This document shows positions 31,001-44,100 of a stretch of 64,000 nt of DNA, one piece after another. The DNA is from an uncultured Planctomycetaceae bacterium (lineage in GTDB: Bacteria; Planctomycetota; Planctomycetia; Planctomycetales; Planctomycetaceae): NCBI GenBank assembly GCA_963815195.1, contig CAWFGE010000009.1, positions 32,001-96,000 on the forward strand. The letters run 5' to 3'. Position 1 is the stretch's first letter, and every line of letters starts with the position of its first letter. Below the pieces are notes generated by a model. The model was not told where the DNA came from, did no database searches, and saw only the letters and a program-made list of their open reading frames with translations. The translations under genes and the position numbers were made by a program.

Positions 31001-34000
31001 CATATCCGCCATAGGCGCTGGCGGAGGTGACATCGCCCGTGGCCGTGATATTGCCGATGTTGTCGGCGGACACAGAAACGTTGAGCCCGGAAACGTTTGT
31101 GACATTCCCACCTGAGAAAACAGAAACATTCCCGCCCGCCGAGACGTCATTGACAATGTCCCCGTCCGCACTGAGGGACAAGTCGCCGCTGGAGCTGCCA
31201 TTCCACGTGAGTTGTCCGCCGGAAACACTCACGCCCACATCGGAACCGCTTCCCGAGACGGTGACGGTTTGCCAGCCCCAATCATCGACATAGACCGTGT
31301 CACTGCCCGTATTCGTGACAAGGAGCAGGCCCGGTCCTGCCCAAGATTCGCCGGCGTCCAACTGAAGATCCTCCGGGTCTGTGGCCAATTCGGGCCGTTG
31401 CAAAGAACAGACCAATTCGACCTGATAGGGGCCACTCGTGGTATATCCGTCGGTAGTCACGAATTCGAAACGTCGTCCCGCTTCCGGTATAGCTGAAGGT
31501 GCCGTCCGGGCTGAGGCTCACCCCGTTCGCCGAACCGTAGATTTGTGCGGTAACATGATCTCCGTCCAAATCCGTCTCCACATCCAACACATCCCCTGTA
31601 ATAGTTCCTTCCAACGCTCCATAGCCATAGCTGCCATAACTTCCGACTGTCTCGAAATAATCCTGAGCGACGGCCCGCCAGGGGCCGACAGAAAGCGAGT
31701 TGTCAACCTGTATATCGACGGTTTGGGTGGAGCTAATACTGCCCTGAGGATCGAGGACGTGAAAGGTAAAACTGTCGCTGCCCACATAGCCGGGTGTGGG
31801 CGTATAGTCGAGATCTGCCGTCGTCGTTAAGCGCGAGACTTCCATGGGAAACGTCCGTGTCCAGCACGGCTTTGAGCAACGTGCGAACCTCGTCAGTGGC
31901 GTCCTTTAAGAGGCCCTGACCAGGGCCGACGCTGAGCGACTGGTCATGATATACATTGTAAGATTGGTTGCTGGCTGTCGGCACATTGTTATTGACGGTG
32001 ATCTCGGCCGTTTGCAGGGCCGTCTCCGCCAGACCGTCCGAAGCTTTGTAGGTAAACGATGTCGTGCCTTGAAAATCGTCGGCCGGAATGAACACAAACG
32101 ATCCATCCTCGCGAAATTCCAATTGTCCGTCCGCTGCGGGGACGTTGCCCACGAGTTCCGCTTTCAGGACGTCTCCGTCGTCATCGGTGTCGTTGGCAAG
32201 CACCCCGGATTCCGCCGCGACAACCAACGGCGTCTGGGCCGTCGTGGAATAGCTCTCACTCACGGAACTGCCGTAACCTGCTTGTCCTGCCTCGGGCGCG
32301 CGTATTGGTCACGTCAATGGTGACGGTGACGAAATCGGAGACTTCAAAAGCGTTCGTGATTTTATACCGAAACGTAACTTGTCCCGTGAAACCGTCGTCC
32401 GGGGTGAAAACAAAGGATCCATCCGGGTTCATTTGCAAGGTTCCGGTACTCGGTGCCTCATAATCGTCAATCCAAACCACGTCGCTCAGCAGGCCGAAAT
32501 CATTGTCCAACACATTCCCCGTCAGCACGTGATCGTGGAGGATCGTGTAGCCGTCCGCCGCAGGCTGCAAGACGAACACGTGAATGTTAGCCGTCGCTGT
32601 GATGTCGTCGTCAAGTTTGTAGGTAAAGGAATCATCGCCTCCGAAACCGGCTGTTGGGGTGTAGGTGAAACTCCCGTCCGAGTTAAAATGCAACGTGCCG
32701 TTGGAAGGTCCGCTGACCAGTGTGGCGTCCGGGAGATTCCCGTCGGTGGCCCAGTCGTTCTTCAACACGCCTTCCGCAGCGGAAACGGTGAGCGAACTAT
32801 CCGCCATGACGCGGTATCGGTCGTCATACGCCGCAACTCCCGGTCCCTTGGCAACCAGCGTGACCAGGACATCGTCGCCATAGCCCGACCCGCCATAAGC
32901 GCCCACGCCATCACTCAGCCGGTATTTGAAGAGATCGAACGAAAGCCCTCGCCCTGTGGAATTCGGCGTGTAAAGCCAACTGCCGTTTCCTTGGTCGGTC
33001 AATGACCCGTATTTTGGTTGTTCGGCAATTTCCACAGTCATCGCATCGCCATCAACGTCCATGTCGTTGGCCATCAGCATGTCCGCGGTAATCGTCAAGG
33101 TTCCATTTTGGGGAAAGTCGAAGACGTCCATCCGCCCGAACGGCGCCGTCTTTTCCACTTCGAGATCCACCTCGACCGATCCCCCGTATTCGGCGCCGTC
33201 CCACGCGCGATACGTGAAGGAATCGTCGCCCGCCCAATGCGAATCTGGAACATACGTAAATGATCCATCGGCACTGAAACTGAGGCTGCCATGTTCTACG
33301 GTCGTGACAAGATCGGCCACGAGCGACCCCTGGTCCTCCAGGTCGGCATCGAAATCGTTGGACAACACGCCCGCGGCCGCCGAAACGGTCAGCGTTTCAT
33401 CGTGGGTCAAGCGATAGTTGTCCGAGAGCGGTTCGGAGCGGCATTGCGGACATCGATCGTCACCAACGCTTGGCCGCTTTCATCGACGCCGTCCGTCAAC
33501 TTGTAGGTGAAGGTTGTGACCCCTGTCCAAGTGGGCGACGGGCGAGTGTAAGTAAATGTGCCATCCGAATTGAGCGACAGCGAGCCTGTGGAGACACCGC
33601 TCACGAGAATCGCACTGATGGGATCGCCATCGGGATCCCAATCCTCATCGGTACCAATGACGTTGCCCGTGGTGCTGTTTGTAGAATGGTGAAAGACAAA
33701 GTCGTCGTCATAGGCATAAGGCGCATAATTTCGCACGTCGATTGTGACGGTGACCGGATCGCTAAACTCGGCGCCGTCGCATCACGCGATAGGTGAAAGA
33801 GACCGATCCGGAATAGCTCGAATCGGGCGTGTAAGTGAACGTGCCGTCAGAATTGAAGGCAAGCGATCCATAGCTGCCGTAGCCGTACCCGCCGATGTCG
33901 TCCACCAACTCGGCCTCGACGGTATCACCGTCCCAGTCCGTGTCGTCCCACAACACGTCGCCGCTGACCGCGACGCCGTGCTGGGTTTCAAAATAATTGC

Positions 34001-35766
34001 CGTGGGCCCAGGGGATATTGTTCCACACGTCGATCGAGACCGTGGCGGTTTCACTGTCGTCGGCTCCATCATTGAGCTTATAGGTAAAGCTGTCGCCGCC
34101 GACGTAGCCTGCGTTCGGTGTATAACTAAATGTGCCAGCGGAATTAAACGAGAGTGTCCCATGAGATACGTCCGAGACGAGGATTGCCGTCAAGGAATCC
34201 TGGTCACCGTCATAATCGTTGGCAATCACGCTTTGGCCTGCAGGAAGAGAACCATCGTGATGAACCCGAAAGCTATCGCCCACAGCCACGGGAACCTTGT
34301 TTTGCACGATCAATCGCACGGAGGCGCTCGAAGTTGTCACGCCGTCACTGATCTCGTACGTAAATCCGTCCGTGCCCACAAAACCTGGATTCGGAGTGTA
34401 CTCGAACGTACCGTCCGCATTGAAGGTCAAGGTTCCATTGGAAACACCTCCCCCATAGGAGAGCGACGCCGTGAGCGAATCGCCGTCGTCGTCCCAATCG
34501 TTCGCCATCACCGTCTCTCCGGACAGCGTTTCTCCGTGATGCAAGCGGTAATGGTCCGAAGCGGCACCAGGGACCGTATTCCAAACGTCGATCGTCACCC
34601 CCACGGACCCGCTCGTGGCAAGACCGTCCGATACGGAATAAGTAAAGTCATCTTCTCCGACGAATCCGGCATTGGGCGTGTAGCTGAAAGAGCCGTCTGC
34701 GTTGAACGTCAGGCTGCCGTGCGAGGGGCCACTGTCCCAAGTGGCCGTGAGCGTTTCCGTCGGATAATCGACATCGTTGGCCAATACGCCTGCCCCTGCA
34801 TACGAACCAGCGTGGTATCATGGTGGACGTGATACAAGCGGCTGTTGCCTTGCGGGGCTTCGTTCCAAACATCCAGCGTGACCGTTCCCGTGCCCACTTC
34901 CGTGCTGCCATCCAAGACGCGATAGGTAAAACTGTCCTCGCCAAGATACCCGGCGTCCGGCGTGTAGCTGAAACTGCCATCCGTACTCAACGTCAATGTG
35001 CCGTCGGCGGGCCCGCTTACCGTTTCCGCCGTCAGCGTTTGGCCGGGCGTGGCTTCCCAATAGAGAAGTACCCCCTCGTCCGTATTCACGGTAAGCGTCG
35101 TGTCGTGATGGGCCTCGAAGAACCGCGGGCCGGCGGTCGGCGCGGCCGTCCCCACGGAAAGCGTCACCGTCGCCTGGGTCTGTGCTCCTGCGGCATCCGT
35201 TAGCTCATACGTAAAGGAATCTTCTCCCTCGATCCCGAATCCGGAGTGTAGGTGAAACTTCCGTCGTTATTGAGGGTTAGCGTTCCGTGCTCCGGATCGA
35301 CAACGACCGAGGGCGTTTGTGCATCGCCGTCAAAATTGCGGTCATTGGCCAACACCCCAGAGCCGGCGGATATTCGTGAGAGTTTGGTCCACGTCGGTCG
35401 AATACGAATCGCCTAAGGCCCGAGACGCTGTGTTCGTGACGTGGATGAGAACATCTTCCTGGTCGGTCTCCGCCCCGTCAGAGACTTGATAAGTAAAACC
35501 GTCTTCTCCGACAAATCCGGCATTGGGAACATAGGAAAAGCTGCCGTCAGCGTTTAGCGTGAGCGTTCCATCTGAGGGGCCGCTGACCAATGTCAGCGTG
35601 AGAGGATCCTCGTCGGCATCAAAGGAGGCAGCCAATACGCCCTCGCTCGCGTCCACAGATAAAGTCGAGTCATGTAATGTAGAATAGACGGCGGGAGCCG
35701 CCACGGGGGCGGAATTTGTCACTTGCAATGTGACCGAAACCGGCGGCGTCGTGCTCGCCCCATCAT
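22310..35766 (-). CDS. Giant adhesin-type polymorphic toxin 1 (about 4,480 aa retained; 5' end missing; many indels): Big_9/VCBS-type Ig repeats, beta-helix stalk, coiled coil, PT-TG-like, TM-split Hint, DUF2380-like tip
   Basis: GVLANDxD / DGSFTYTP repeats at 31.3-35.7 kb; (V/I)xAGGD repeats at 25-31.2 kb; GCFVYETEVH at 23857; VHN at 22666; tip HHIFPQ..R.WF..RGFDID...H..LH...WN. Confidence 0.85.
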
Positions 35767-35836
35767 CGGGCAGGCATCAGTCCCAGAAACTAAGCCACTG
35801 GGCAGGCATTAAAACAAGGCCAAGCATACCAAACCG
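35767..35836 (+). repeat. GCCACTGGGCAGGC element-end motif at the toxin-1/Hen1 breakpoint
   Basis: gtcccagaaactaagccactgggcaggcatt (35780-35810) plus a partial copy cgggcaggcat (35767-35777); matches 56858 and the 58.5-58.8 kb cluster. Confidence 0.8.
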
Positions 35837-35868
35837 TCCCCGCGCTTTTTACATAGTATGTCAATGGC

Positions 35869-36786
35869 CTAATCGCCTTGGGTTATCGCGAATAGTTTTC
35901 CTTCGCCGCAGCCGAGGTCGAGAACCGTACGGGCACCGCTGGCCCGGAGAGCAGCCATGACCGCTCCGTGGCGTTGATCGTTGAGACTCAACGGCATTTC
36001 CAACGACTCCTCTCGCTCGTCTGTCGCCGCTTGATCTTCGGTCGATTCAACATCTTCCTCCTCGACCAGCCGGGCCAGCGCCTGCCGGAACAGGCTGGAT
36101 CGGTGCTTCAGGTAGCGGCGAGTGATTTGCTCCTTCTCCGGGTGCGAGGCCAACCAGCCGCCGCCCTTGGCCAGCAACTTTTCCAATTCGTCTTCGCCGA
36201 CGAAATAATGCTTCTCGTTATCAAAGACCGGAATGAGGACATACAGGTGCGTCAGCAAATCGGAGAGCGTCTTCGTGCCGCTGATCGTGGCCGAGTAATA
36301 AGGACTTTCGCCCCACTCGGGAAATCGTTCATCGAGCGGATGCCCAACGGCTTCGACCGTGTAGCCCAGCGGCTCGAAGATTCGATGCAGGAAGTCTCTC
36401 GCCGCCACGGACTGGCAGGACATCAAACCGGCCGTCAGCGGAATCGGAGTCGTGACGAGTTCCGGTCGATCTTTGCAGCGTCCACCTAAAGCCGTGCCGA
36501 AGACCTGCGAGATCGCCACGCTCATGAAGGACGAGGCGACGTAGGGGCGGTCATTGACGTAATGGCCGAGCAGAAAACTCTGATCCCGCCCCCTTCGACG
36601 CACCATGCCCACCGGGTCCACGTCGAGCAACAAACAAGCCGTGCAGCGATCCTCTGTCGCCTCAGGGTAAAAAACGTGTGCCTGCCCGAAGCTCAAGTCG
36701 AAGCTCTGAAAGCGATCCGGGTGCTTGTGCAGCAGAAACCCAAGATCGGTGGCTGGGTTGTGTTCTGTGGAGATTGTGAGCAGCAT
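35869..36786 (-). pseudogene. hen1: 3'-terminal RNA ribose 2'-O-methyltransferase Hen1, C-terminally truncated
   Basis: MLLTIST...ATDLGFLLHKHP, YVNDRPYVASSFMSVAI, HLYVLIPVFD..KHY; ends just after motif I LDLGCGEGK. Confidence 0.9.
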
Positions 36787-36826
36787 TGGGCACTCGTATT
36801 CATCGTTTTTGGTGCTGAAGGCGGGC

Positions 36827-37956
36827 TTAATTATCTGTTTTTCCGTCGCTCATCACCAGACTATGACACTCCATCCACGTCGGCGGCTCGCATTTCTCGG
36901 CCAATTTGCGGATCGACTTGTTCGGGAACGGCCTTGCTTCGAGCTTTGTTTTGGCGAAGCAAGCTCTCGAACGGCGGTTCGAGGTAGACAATCTCGATGC
37001 GGGCATTGTAATCGGCAAACAGGTCGAGCCAGCGGCCACGGGTCTGCCGCATCGTGTTCGTGGCGTTGAAGGCGAACGATGTTCCCGCCCGGAGCAACTC
37101 CCGGCAGCGTTCTCGTGGCAAGCTGGGCGACTTGCTCCTTGATTGTCGGTCGGCTCGACATCGAGTTCGCCACGGATGTCGTCCAGCGAAACGACGGGAA
37201 GTTCGGGTCGATTTCGTTCCAGCCAAGTGTTTTTCCCGCTGCCGGGCAAACCGGACATCACCGTCACGGTGCAGGAGAAGTCCTCATGCGGAACGTAGTG
37301 CAGGTTGGGTTCCCGCTGCCGAAAGAACGTGAAACGGGCATGGTCGGTGGCAAAGGGATACGGCTGATCGTAGCAACCGGATTCTTCGGCCATCAACTTC
37401 CAGAAGTGCAGATTCTCCTCGGGCCGAGTCATCGAGTCGGTGTCTCGGCCTCGGGTGTCCGCCAAAGCGAACAGATACAGCAGCCGATTGTTGACCAGCC
37501 ACGACAGCCGAACGACTTCGTGCGTCGGCTCGTCCCGTTCGAGCAGGAATGCCGGTCGTCCGTGATAACGAACCAGGCGGGCAATCTCCTCACGAGTCGT
37601 CAGGTCGCATCCCAGATCACGCAGGACCGCACGGGCGACGTGTTCTCCTTTGACGGCGTGCTTCGGGGAGCGAACTCGACCCGTTTCGGGGTCAACCTCC
37701 GTCGTCAGCGGCTTGGCGACATCGTGGAACAGAGCCGTAAAGATCAGGACGGTCTGCTCGTGCGAGTGTGAGCGACGGCCACTCTTCCAATTCGATCAGT
37801 TGCCCGAGGACCATCTTTGGTGTGGGTCCAGACATCGCCCTCGGAATGCCACTCGGCATCCTGAACGCAGTCCGCCATCGGCTGACACCACGGCTGGCCT
37901 TCGGCCCAGGCGATGATATCCTCCAGGGATGCCTGTTTGAGTTCTTGCCAATTCAT
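36827..37956 (-). CDS. HD-domain phosphoesterase plus P-loop kinase (AAA_33) end-healing protein, split by indels
   Basis: [45 protein letters not shown] overlap with the ligase stop. Confidence 0.85.
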
Positions 37957-38693
37957 GACCAAATATCCACACCCTCGGCGAGTCGGTTTGGCACCATCTG
38001 CTGATGTTGCCAGTGCGTGCTTTGCTTGATCTTTTCTACGAACTCCGGCCGCACAAATTTCGCCCGCCCGGTCACGACGCCCTCGGCTTCCGTCCGCAGA
38101 TACAGCCCTTCCATCAGATTGTCGATTCGTTTGGTGGCCGGGTTCTCAAACTGGCTGTCGAATTGCGAAGGTCCGATCAACTCGTCGAGTTCACAGCGGT
38201 CGATGGAACCGGTGTGAATCACGGGTACGGTTTCGATCCCTGATCCTTCCAATAACCCCAACCGCTGCTCCAGATCAAGGAACGCCTCTTGCTGCTTATC
38301 GTAAATGTCGAACTCGAAAAAGTAATGAGTGAGTTGGCAGTAAAGAATCGAATGGCGGGCGTAGACCCACTCCCCGAACAGAATAAACCGGTTTTCCAAC
38401 CGTTCCTCCAAAACATACCGCTTCACCGCCGCCCATTGCTTGAAGAGATCGTACTGCGGATGCATCCCCTCGGTGACCAGATGGCCCCGGCATTGGAGGA
38501 CCATTTGCCCCTCGTCGGAAAAATGGATGCCGACGTTCGTGCCATCGATTTTCTCCTCGACGATCAACGATTCATCAGCGATGAACGCTTTGGATTCCGC
38601 TTCGTCCAGATGTTTGTCGTCATCGGTCCCCTTCGAGCCAAACAAATGGGGCGTCCGGGGATATTTCACGAAATCTCCGTGTGAAGTGCCCAT
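37953..38693 (-). CDS. ATP-dependent RNA ligase family protein
   Basis: KYPRTPHL, motif [37 protein letters not shown]. Confidence 0.9.
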   Translation of the reverse strand: MGTSHGDFVKYPRTPHLFGSKGTDDDKHLDEAESKAFIADESLIVEEKIDGTNVGIHFSDEGQMVLQCRGHLVTEGMHPQYDLFKQWAAVKRYVLEERLENRFILFGEWVYARHSILYCQLTHYFFEFDIYDKQQEAFLDLEQRLGLLEGSGIETVPVIHTGSIDRCELDELIGPSQFDSQFENPATKRIDNLMEGLYLRTEAEGVVTGRAKFVRPEFVEKIKQSTHWQHQQMVPNRLAEGVDIWS

Positions 38694-38728
38694 TGCAATA
38701 CCCCTGAATTTGAGAAACTCATCCAAAC

Positions 38729-38771
38729 AAAAAAGCCCACCCGGTGAATTGCACAACCACACCGAGCGGGC
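38729..38771 (-). terminator. Intrinsic terminator between the SEC-C gene and the RNA ligase
   Basis: Minus strand gcccgctcggtg...caccgggtgggc followed by TTTTTT. Confidence 0.7.
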
Positions 38772-38787
38772 CTGAAATGCTCATTCC

Positions 38788-39036
38788 CTAAAAGTAGTGA
38801 TGCCGGTTCACGCCGTCAAAAGCGGCCTTTCTTGAGGCAACATTTCTTGAAGCGTTTGCCGGAGTCGCAGGGGCAGAGATCGTCCCGTCCCAACTTTTCC
38901 TCCAGCAATTTTTCGCCGTGGACGATCCGCACGCCTCGTTTGACCTGCATTTCGGATGGGAATCCTCGGCGGCGCTTGCTCATCGTCTCGAAAAAAATGG
39001 CTGTTCGTCAAATTGTTCGTGTTTTCGGTTTGGCAT
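38788..39036 (-). CDS. SEC-C motif small protein (one indel in a T run)
   Basis: [29 protein letters not shown] before the ATG at 39036. Confidence 0.8.
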
Positions 39037-39208
39037 GGCGCACCTCCTCCCTTGGAATGGTTTTCTTGGGAGACACGGAAGTAGGGGAAAGGTTCGGCCA
39101 TTGGGGCGGATGGAACAGGGAAGGCAGAGGAACTCGGGGCAGCGGCGAGTTCTTCGCCGGTGGCGGGATTTGCAGGGGAGTCGTTCGCCCCCCCCCCCCC
39201 ACAACCCG

Positions 39209-40205
<997 letters not shown>

Positions 40206-40574
40206 ATGTGTGGATGAAGGAGTCCCACAAAAAGACAGGGTCGATGAGGTGAGGAGTCCCAGGCCCGGTAGGAGTCCCTGAAGACTTTCGCGCAAGTCGA
40301 TTTCGATGAATGGCACTTTGTCCCCCAGCTTCTGCAACACGCAGAAACCCGCTGGCATGGTCTACAACGACGTGCAGATCGTGGCGGCAGCAGATTCCCA
40401 CCACACTCCCACTTCGCGGCCCTGGCCGCACGGATGGGCATTGCTGGGAAGGAGTTGCCGCCGAGACTGACAGGGATACAGATTGGCAAGGTGCAACGAC
40501 GTTTTGCAAAAATCCCTGGTCAGCCGGGGTGGTAGCTTGCGCTTTTGATTGGGACTCCAGAAACGAAAAACCCT

Positions 40575-41135
40575 CTACTGTTGCTTCATCGGGAGCGGTT
40601 TGAAGACCAGCCCTTTCAATCCCTTGGCCTCCACAGTTGCCCTGAAGCTATCGTCCACGAACAGTTCGGCCCCACTTTTTAGGGGCGTCTTAAAGATGTG
40701 CTTGCCGTCAAGCATGTCGTCCTTGAAACAGTATTTGAAAACCTCACTCACACGTCCCGTGGCCGCATTGCGTACAAGCTCTGACCGCTCCTCATCAAGG
40801 CAGTCAATGATGTCCATCACGTTGACGATGTAAAACTGTTGACCAGAGGGATGTTTTATGGGCAACGCTTCCGTGCAGTAGCCGATCAACGGCTGTAGCA
40901 CCTCCCAAGCTCTTTGGCTGAAGATGGGTATCTTGTTGTAGTTGCTCAGGCTCGGAAAGTCGCCTTCGATACCGGGATTGTCATCGAAGCCTTCCACCGC
41001 AACCGGCTCCCACGACCCACCGACCGACTTAGAGTCATAATGCAAGCCAACAACTGGCTCGTCATCCTGCATGATGAGTCGGACACCATCATAGTGGTTT
41101 GCATCTGGACGGTATCGAAACCATTTCATCTTCAT
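40575..41135 (-). CDS. Imm11 (DUF1629-like) immunity protein
   Basis: GDFP, PIFSQRA, YIVNV..IDCLD..RS, IFK, LFVDD.F...VE..GLKG; directly downstream of the AHH tip. Confidence 0.85.
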   Translation of the reverse strand: MKMKWFRYRPDANHYDGVRLIMQDDEPVVGLHYDSKSVGGSWEPVAVEGFDDNPGIEGDFPSLSNYNKIPIFSQRAWEVLQPLIGYCTEALPIKHPSGQQFYIVNVMDIIDCLDEERSELVRNAATGRVSEVFKYCFKDDMLDGKHIFKTPLKSGAELFVDDSFRATVEAKGLKGLVFKPLPMKQQ

Positions 41136-41168
41136 CGGTGCTGATCCTAGCGTATTGAGAAACCTCGA

Positions 41169-44100
41169 TCACGGGAAAGTCCCGTTCAGAATACCCTGCC
41201 GGATTCGTGCGAGTTCATCCAGCACCGCCTGCCTTCCAGTTGCCCAGTCGTCAATACCCCGAACGGCGTCACGCAACCTGTTGTTCACAGCGTCGATGCC
41301 ATCGTGCGTGTGCAAGACGCTGCCACGATGGTGTCGAGGCAACACGTTCTGCGGCGCACCACGACCGCCAACGAGGGACACACCGTTCTCTGCGGCGTTG
41401 ATGTCGATCTGGTAACGGTCGAGGATGGCCCGACCAGGAGCAGCCCGAGTGTGCGTACCGGGTACGATGTGATGGGCGGCTTGCCCGGAACCGGGTTGGA
41501 TGCCAAGTCTTTGCCCCAGAACCCCACTGTCAGCGGCACTCTGTCGCCACGCCGGGTTTGGAAGTGGTCGTGGAGCAAGAAGTTTCGGAGTGTTCCATAC
41601 CGTTGCGAATTCCTTTGCTTGCTGTTCGGTCAGTTTTCGCCCAGGAAACACGGACTTTCCCGTATCATCCAGGAGTTCAAAAAAGCCTTTCAAGGGGCCT
41701 TCGGCGATTTCTTTATAAGTATACGCGTTATGGACCCAAACGGAAAAGCCCCAACTGCGGCTGCCGACGAAATACGTGTGGTCCTCGGCCACTCGCAAAT
41801 TATACACGGTTTTCGTTTCGTTTGTTTCCTCAATTTCCGAAACGATCGTCAACGTGTTGTCCTGTCCAACCAGCGCATCGCCCGCCATCAATTCCTTGGC
41901 ACGAACCCAGCCGATTTGATGGACGAAAAAGGGATGCTCGGCGGTTGCCTGGATCAACTGACCACCTACACGAATATTCAAGACGGGCGATGACAGTTCG
42001 AACACAGCTTCCACTCGGCGGGAGATCACAGGTGCCTGAGGATCATTTTCCGCCCGAGACAAGACGCGGTCTCCAATCTGAAACGTCTCAATCGGTTGAT
42101 CGCCCGTGGGCGTCAAGACGGGGGTGCCTGCGACGAAGCAGCGCTCCGCCAGGGCTCGAAGGGCGGGAGAGTGGATTGCCGTTTTTCCGACTCGAAGCAA
42201 GCCAATCGTCTGCGCAAGCACACCGCCTGCTCCCTCCATGATCAATGTTTCCGTCCAGAAGCCAACCTGCTCCTGTCGCCATTTTTCATCTTCGGACAAC
42301 GGGACTTTCACCCCCGGAGGGAGTCTCCATGCCGACTTGGCAAATGATCCAGAAAACGCACCCCCGGGCCTGTTTGGCACGGCTAGTTCATAGCGAATTG
42401 ACTTCCGCGAAGTCGCCTCGGCAACAAGTTCTCTTTTGAGCCTCGATTCAAGTTCGTCTAGTCTAGCTTTATTAATCTCCCGAAGAGGGTCCTTTCCTTT
42501 ATAGGCTTGAAAATGAGAACTGAAATCAGCGGCAGGAGTTTTGCCCTTGAGATCTTGAATTTTCGTTCTTAATTCGTATTTGATTTTGGCGTGCTGCCAA
42601 AGTTGTTCTCGATATTCGGAAGGAAGCGTCTCAAGGTCCTTTATATCAGCCAACAGTTGCAGAAGCGGAGCGTCCTGGATTTGTTGCTTACGTTGTTGAG
42701 CTTGCTTCATAACCGTAGTAGTAGACGAAACGAGTGAACTAGGACTGCTTCCTCCTGTTAAGCTACCTGGTCGAGAGTCTGGAATCATTAATTCTGCGGC
42801 CGGGAAGAAAAATCGCATTATCCATACTGCCGGCTCATCATTAAGAGCCAATGCAGTTGCCGGGTCGAAGCCGTCCCTTTTTAGATCCGTCGCTTCGCCC
42901 TCGACATCGCTGGGCCTCGTATTGCTAGTATCATGCCGACCGAATCGCTCCCCGCCTTCGGGCATGTCTTCCCCGACGAGATAGCTGCGATCCGTCTCCG
43001 CATTCGTGCTGGAAACGTCAAAAACCTGGGAGTTCAAATCAGGGGCTGATTCGGGTTGTTCAGGATCGTCAACATCGGGCGGCAAAGTGACAGCAGGCGG
43101 GTCGGCTGAGTCGCTAGGTTTCGCCGTGGCGATTAGGCTGGCCGTGTTAATGGTGGTTGATGTCGAGAACGACGAGAGCACCGGGGCGTTCGGGTCGAAG
43201 GATTGGTAGAGGTTGACAGGCTGAATGCCCAGGCTGATGCCGGTTTGTTGACGGCCATATTCGCTTGTGAGGTACGTGCTCAAAGCAGAGTTTTGGCTGT
43301 TAAGCAGCGTGAGCTGGGCCCCAGTTTCGCTGTTGATCAAAGTCTCCCACGCATCCGCTTCGCTGGTGGTGAAGGTGACCTGTGCTGTGGTCTCGGTATT
43401 CAGCCGTGTATGGTCTGCGCCGTTTCTTGCGACCAGGAAGTTATATTCGGCCGAGCCTCTGGCACTGGCCTGCTTGGCCCAGGGAGTGCCGTCATTTGTG
43501 GCGAGGTTTGCTAGCTGCGTTTGCAGATTGCTTGATTGATTTTCATTGTAGCTCGCCAGATCGTCGGCGACGTCCATGAGCATCTGGCCGTAGGCCGTGG
43601 CGTCGGCAATTTCCGCATCGTGGATGGCGCTGGTGAGGGTTTGAACTTTCGTCACTTCGGCAGTGCCTGCGGTGCTGTCCAATGTGCTTTCTGCCGATTG
43701 GAGCGAGATGTCGCGCTGGCCCTCTGCACCGAGTTCGGCAAAGGCATAATCCCGAGCAGCGGCAAGTTTTGTGGCTTCAGATTCGTCGTTTGCCGTCGCG
43801 ACAGCATTGTCGTAGGCCGTTTGGTCGCCATTCACCGTCAGATCACGTTCGGCGTGGGCGAGGGCGACTTTATGATCTCGTTTGGCGACTGCGACGGCGT
43901 GTTGATACGTCTCTTCGGCGGCGGCGGACTGCTCGCCGTAGAGTTCCCAAGCTGCGGCATCGGCGTCGTCCCTCGCTTCGATGGCGGGGGCGACTGTTGT
44001 GATATAAGTTTGCTGGGCACCTGTGTCACTGGCAGCAAGGCTGGTTGTCTGACTTGCTACTAAGTTGTCATAAGTTGTCGTGGCGGTATTAATATTCGTG

